Positions 62,213 to 64,000 of a stretch of DNA of 64,000 nt are shown here, piece after piece; within the stretch, counting starts at the first letter, position 1, and each line of letters begins with the position of its first letter. The notes under the pieces were generated by a model. That model saw nothing but the letters and a program-made list of their open reading frames with translations, did no database searches and had not been told where the DNA came from. The translations under genes and the position numbers were made by a program. This DNA comes from an uncultured Gemmatimonadales bacterium. GTDB lineage: Bacteria; Gemmatimonadota; Gemmatimonadetes; Gemmatimonadales; GWC2-71-9. The stretch covers positions 2,400,001 through 2,464,000 of the forward strand of contig CAWHFW010000005.1 in NCBI GenBank assembly GCA_963828735.1, given 5' to 3'.

Positions 62213-62371
62213 TTTGAGTGAGTAAGTACGGGCAAAGTCCGGCATCCAAGCCGGCAAACTCTGGCAGCGGGTGACACGAACTCGCGTAAATGGTGGCAAG
62301 TTGCCGGAGTTTAGGCGGTTACAGCGGTCCCTCTGGATCAGGAGAGTCCTGGTTCGAGCCCAGGAGGGGCA
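62213..62371 (+). repeat. Conserved arm + tRNA-Gln 3' half (att-like), copy B
   Basis: 62331-62371 identical to 57740-57780; 23-bp CGGGTGACACGAACTCGCGTAAA shared with copy A. Confidence 0.9.
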
Positions 62372-62373
62372 CT

Positions 62374-62412
62374 GAAAGCGCCGCATCGGGTTTCCCCGGT
62401 CGCGGCGCTTTC
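62374..62412. terminator. Hairpin after att copy B
   Basis: GAAAGCGCCGC...GCGGCGCTTTC. Confidence 0.6.
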
Positions 62413-62485
62413 CCTATTTGCGGCTCATGGCGGAGCAGAGTAGCCGGCCGGTCGCGTACCCCTTGCGCTCCAGTTGCCAGGTGTG

Positions 62486-62501
62486 TATGATGATCATCAT
62501 A
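62486..62501. promoter_or_regulatory. Putative TetR operator 1
   Basis: Perfect palindrome TATGATGATCATCATA abutting the TetR start codon. Confidence 0.75.
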
Positions 62502-63094
62502 TGAGAGCCGCCACCTCGAGAGGACCCGCCCCCAGCCGTAAGGAAGCCACCCACGAGCGCATCGTGGAGACCGCCGCCCGTGCCATTCGGCGGAGCGGGT
62601 ACGATGGCGCTGGCGTGGCCGAGATCATGAAGGAGGCAGGCCTCACCCACGGCGGCTTCTACGCTCACTTCGACTCGCGCGAAGGGATGTTGGCCGAAGC
62701 GGCAGACCGGGCCGGCGCTGACACAGTGGCCTTCCTGACGCGGGTCGCCGCTGCGGCACCGGCCAAGCAGGAGCTCGAGGCCATGCTCCGCAGCTATCTC
62801 TCGAAGGAGCATGTGGCAGCCCTCGACGGCGGATGCGCCGTCGCCGCGCTCGGCTCGGAGATGCCACGCCAGTCGACCAAGGTGCGCCGGGCCGCCACCC
62901 GCCGGATCAAGGAGATGATCGATCTGGTCGCTCGCCAGTCGCCGGATTGGGGCCAGCCTGGTGCGCACCAGCGCGCGCTCGTCACCATGGCTACAGCGCT
63001 CGGAGCCTTGGTCCTGGCCCGCGCCGTGGACGACCCCAAGCTCTCCGATGCGGTGCGCGAGGCGGCCCTGAACCATCTCACCCGAACAGGCTGA
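62501..63094 (+). CDS. TetR/AcrR family regulator
   Basis: IMKEAGLTHGGFYAHFDSRE. Confidence 0.92.
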   Translation: MRAATSRGPAPSRKEATHERIVETAARAIRRSGYDGAGVAEIMKEAGLTHGGFYAHFDSREGMLAEAADRAGADTVAFLTRVAAAAPAKQELEAMLRSYLSKEHVAALDGGCAVAALGSEMPRQSTKVRRAATRRIKEMIDLVARQSPDWGQPGAHQRALVTMATALGALVLARAVDDPKLSDAVREAALNHLTRTG

Positions 63095-63130
63095 TACTAT
63101 GCGCCGGTGCCGGATTTGCGTTTGCCTAGG

Positions 63131-63150
63131 AATATGATGATCGTCATATT
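63131..63150. promoter_or_regulatory. Putative TetR operator 2
   Basis: AATATGATGATCGTCATATT, one mismatch from operator 1, upstream of the SDR gene. Confidence 0.75.
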
Positions 63151-63189
63151 GCAGTTGAAGAATGGACCCCAAGAGAAAGCGAGCACGGT

Positions 63190-64000
63190 ATGGCAGGCAA
63201 TCAGCAGCAGACTCGGCCCGTGGCGATCGTGACGGGCGTATCGGGAGGGATCGGCGAGGCCACCGCGCGGGCGCTTCACTCGGCCGGCTATCGGGTGTTC
63301 GGCACCTCACGCCGGGCGCCAGCGACGAAGTCGCCGGGGATCGAATACCTGGTGTGCGATGTGACCAGCGAGGAGTCGGTGCAGGCCGCGGTCGGTGAAG
63401 TGCTGTCCAAGGCAGGCCGCGTCGATCTCCTGGTCAACAACGCCGGGGTGGGATTAGTCGCCGGCGCGGAGGAGTCGTCGCTAGAACAGGCGAAGTCCCT
63501 CTTCGACGTCAACCTGTTCGGCCTGATTCGCATGACCAAGGCCGTCCTTCCCACCATGCGGAATCAGCGGGCGGGACGGATCGTCAACCTCAGCTCGGTC
63601 ATGGGGCTGATCCCGGCGCCGTTCATGGCCCTGTACGCAGCCAGCAAACACGCGGTGGAAGGCTATTCCGAGTCGCTGGACCATGAGATCAGGGGCTCGG
63701 GTGTCCGAGTGGTGCTGGTCGAGCCGGCTTATACCCGGACCGCTTTCGAAGGGAACGTCTACCAGGCAGACCAGCAGCTCGATGTCTACCGGTCGGCGCG
63801 AACGAATGCCGAGGGAGTTCTGCGGGATGGGATGAAAACCGCCGACACGCCGGAGCTGGTCGCGAGCGCTGTGGTGAAGGCCTCCACTGAGCTCAATCCG
63901 CGCCGCCGCTACACCGCAGGACGGGCCGCGCGCCAGATCAGTCTGCTCCGGCGCTTTGTTCCCACCGCGGCGTTCGACAAGAGTCTGCGGAAACAGATGC
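63190..64000 (+). CDS. SDR oxidoreductase; runs off window end
   Basis: Own translation: MAGNQQQTRPVAIVTGVSGGIG, NNAG, YAASK, EPAYTRT. Confidence 0.9.
   Translation, partial: MAGNQQQTRPVAIVTGVSGGIGEATARALHSAGYRVFGTSRRAPATKSPGIEYLVCDVTSEESVQAAVGEVLSKAGRVDLLVNNAGVGLVAGAEESSLEQAKSLFDVNLFGLIRMTKAVLPTMRNQRAGRIVNLSSVMGLIPAPFMALYAASKHAVEGYSESLDHEIRGSGVRVVLVEPAYTRTAFEGNVYQADQQLDVYRSARTNAEGVLRDGMKTADTPELVASAVVKASTELNPRRRYTAGRAARQISLLRRFVPTAAFDKSLRKQM

Larger units (their letters stand above)
59542..62371. mobile_element. tRNA-Gln-integrated cassette 2 (no integrase)
   Basis: Bounded by tRNA 3'-half repeats 59499-59539 and 62331-62371. Confidence 0.7.

Noticed and set aside
57740..62371. Repeated 41-43 bp sequence as a CRISPR array or extra tRNA genes
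   Set aside because: Spacing is kilobases, the repeat is the tRNA-Gln 3' half without the D-arm or 5' acceptor strand, and there are no cas genes.

Overview
GC-rich bacterial chromosome segment; gene content suggests Gemmatimonadota (inference). Most of it is housekeeping or accessory genes: PiT/DUF47, a hybrid kinase, mntR-mntH, ABC transporters, crcB, nadE, mutY, mlaEFD, rnz and three tRNAs. Two regions stand out. (1) At 1-8 kb, three small paralogous peptides missing from the ORF track (42-52 aa, motif ELxVEELExxIAP plus a short Lys-containing tail) sit upstream of a GAF-GAF-HlyD protein and a lipoprotein membrane-fusion protein, divergent from a SARP/BTAD-ATPase regulator. Both peptide promoters carry identically spaced SARP-type direct repeats (22/11 bp) in front of a TAGGTT -10 box. 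This looks like a dedicated, regulated peptide-export system. (2) At 57.7-62.4 kb, tRNA-Gln is followed by two more copies of its 3' half, each preceded by a shared ~115 bp arm. They delimit two small integrase-less cassettes, each carrying a Kelch-repeat lipoprotein. Also present: an Eco57I-like MTase plus SNF2-like helicase pair, a double pilin-domain lipoprotein, and several single-base frameshifts that may be sequencing errors.
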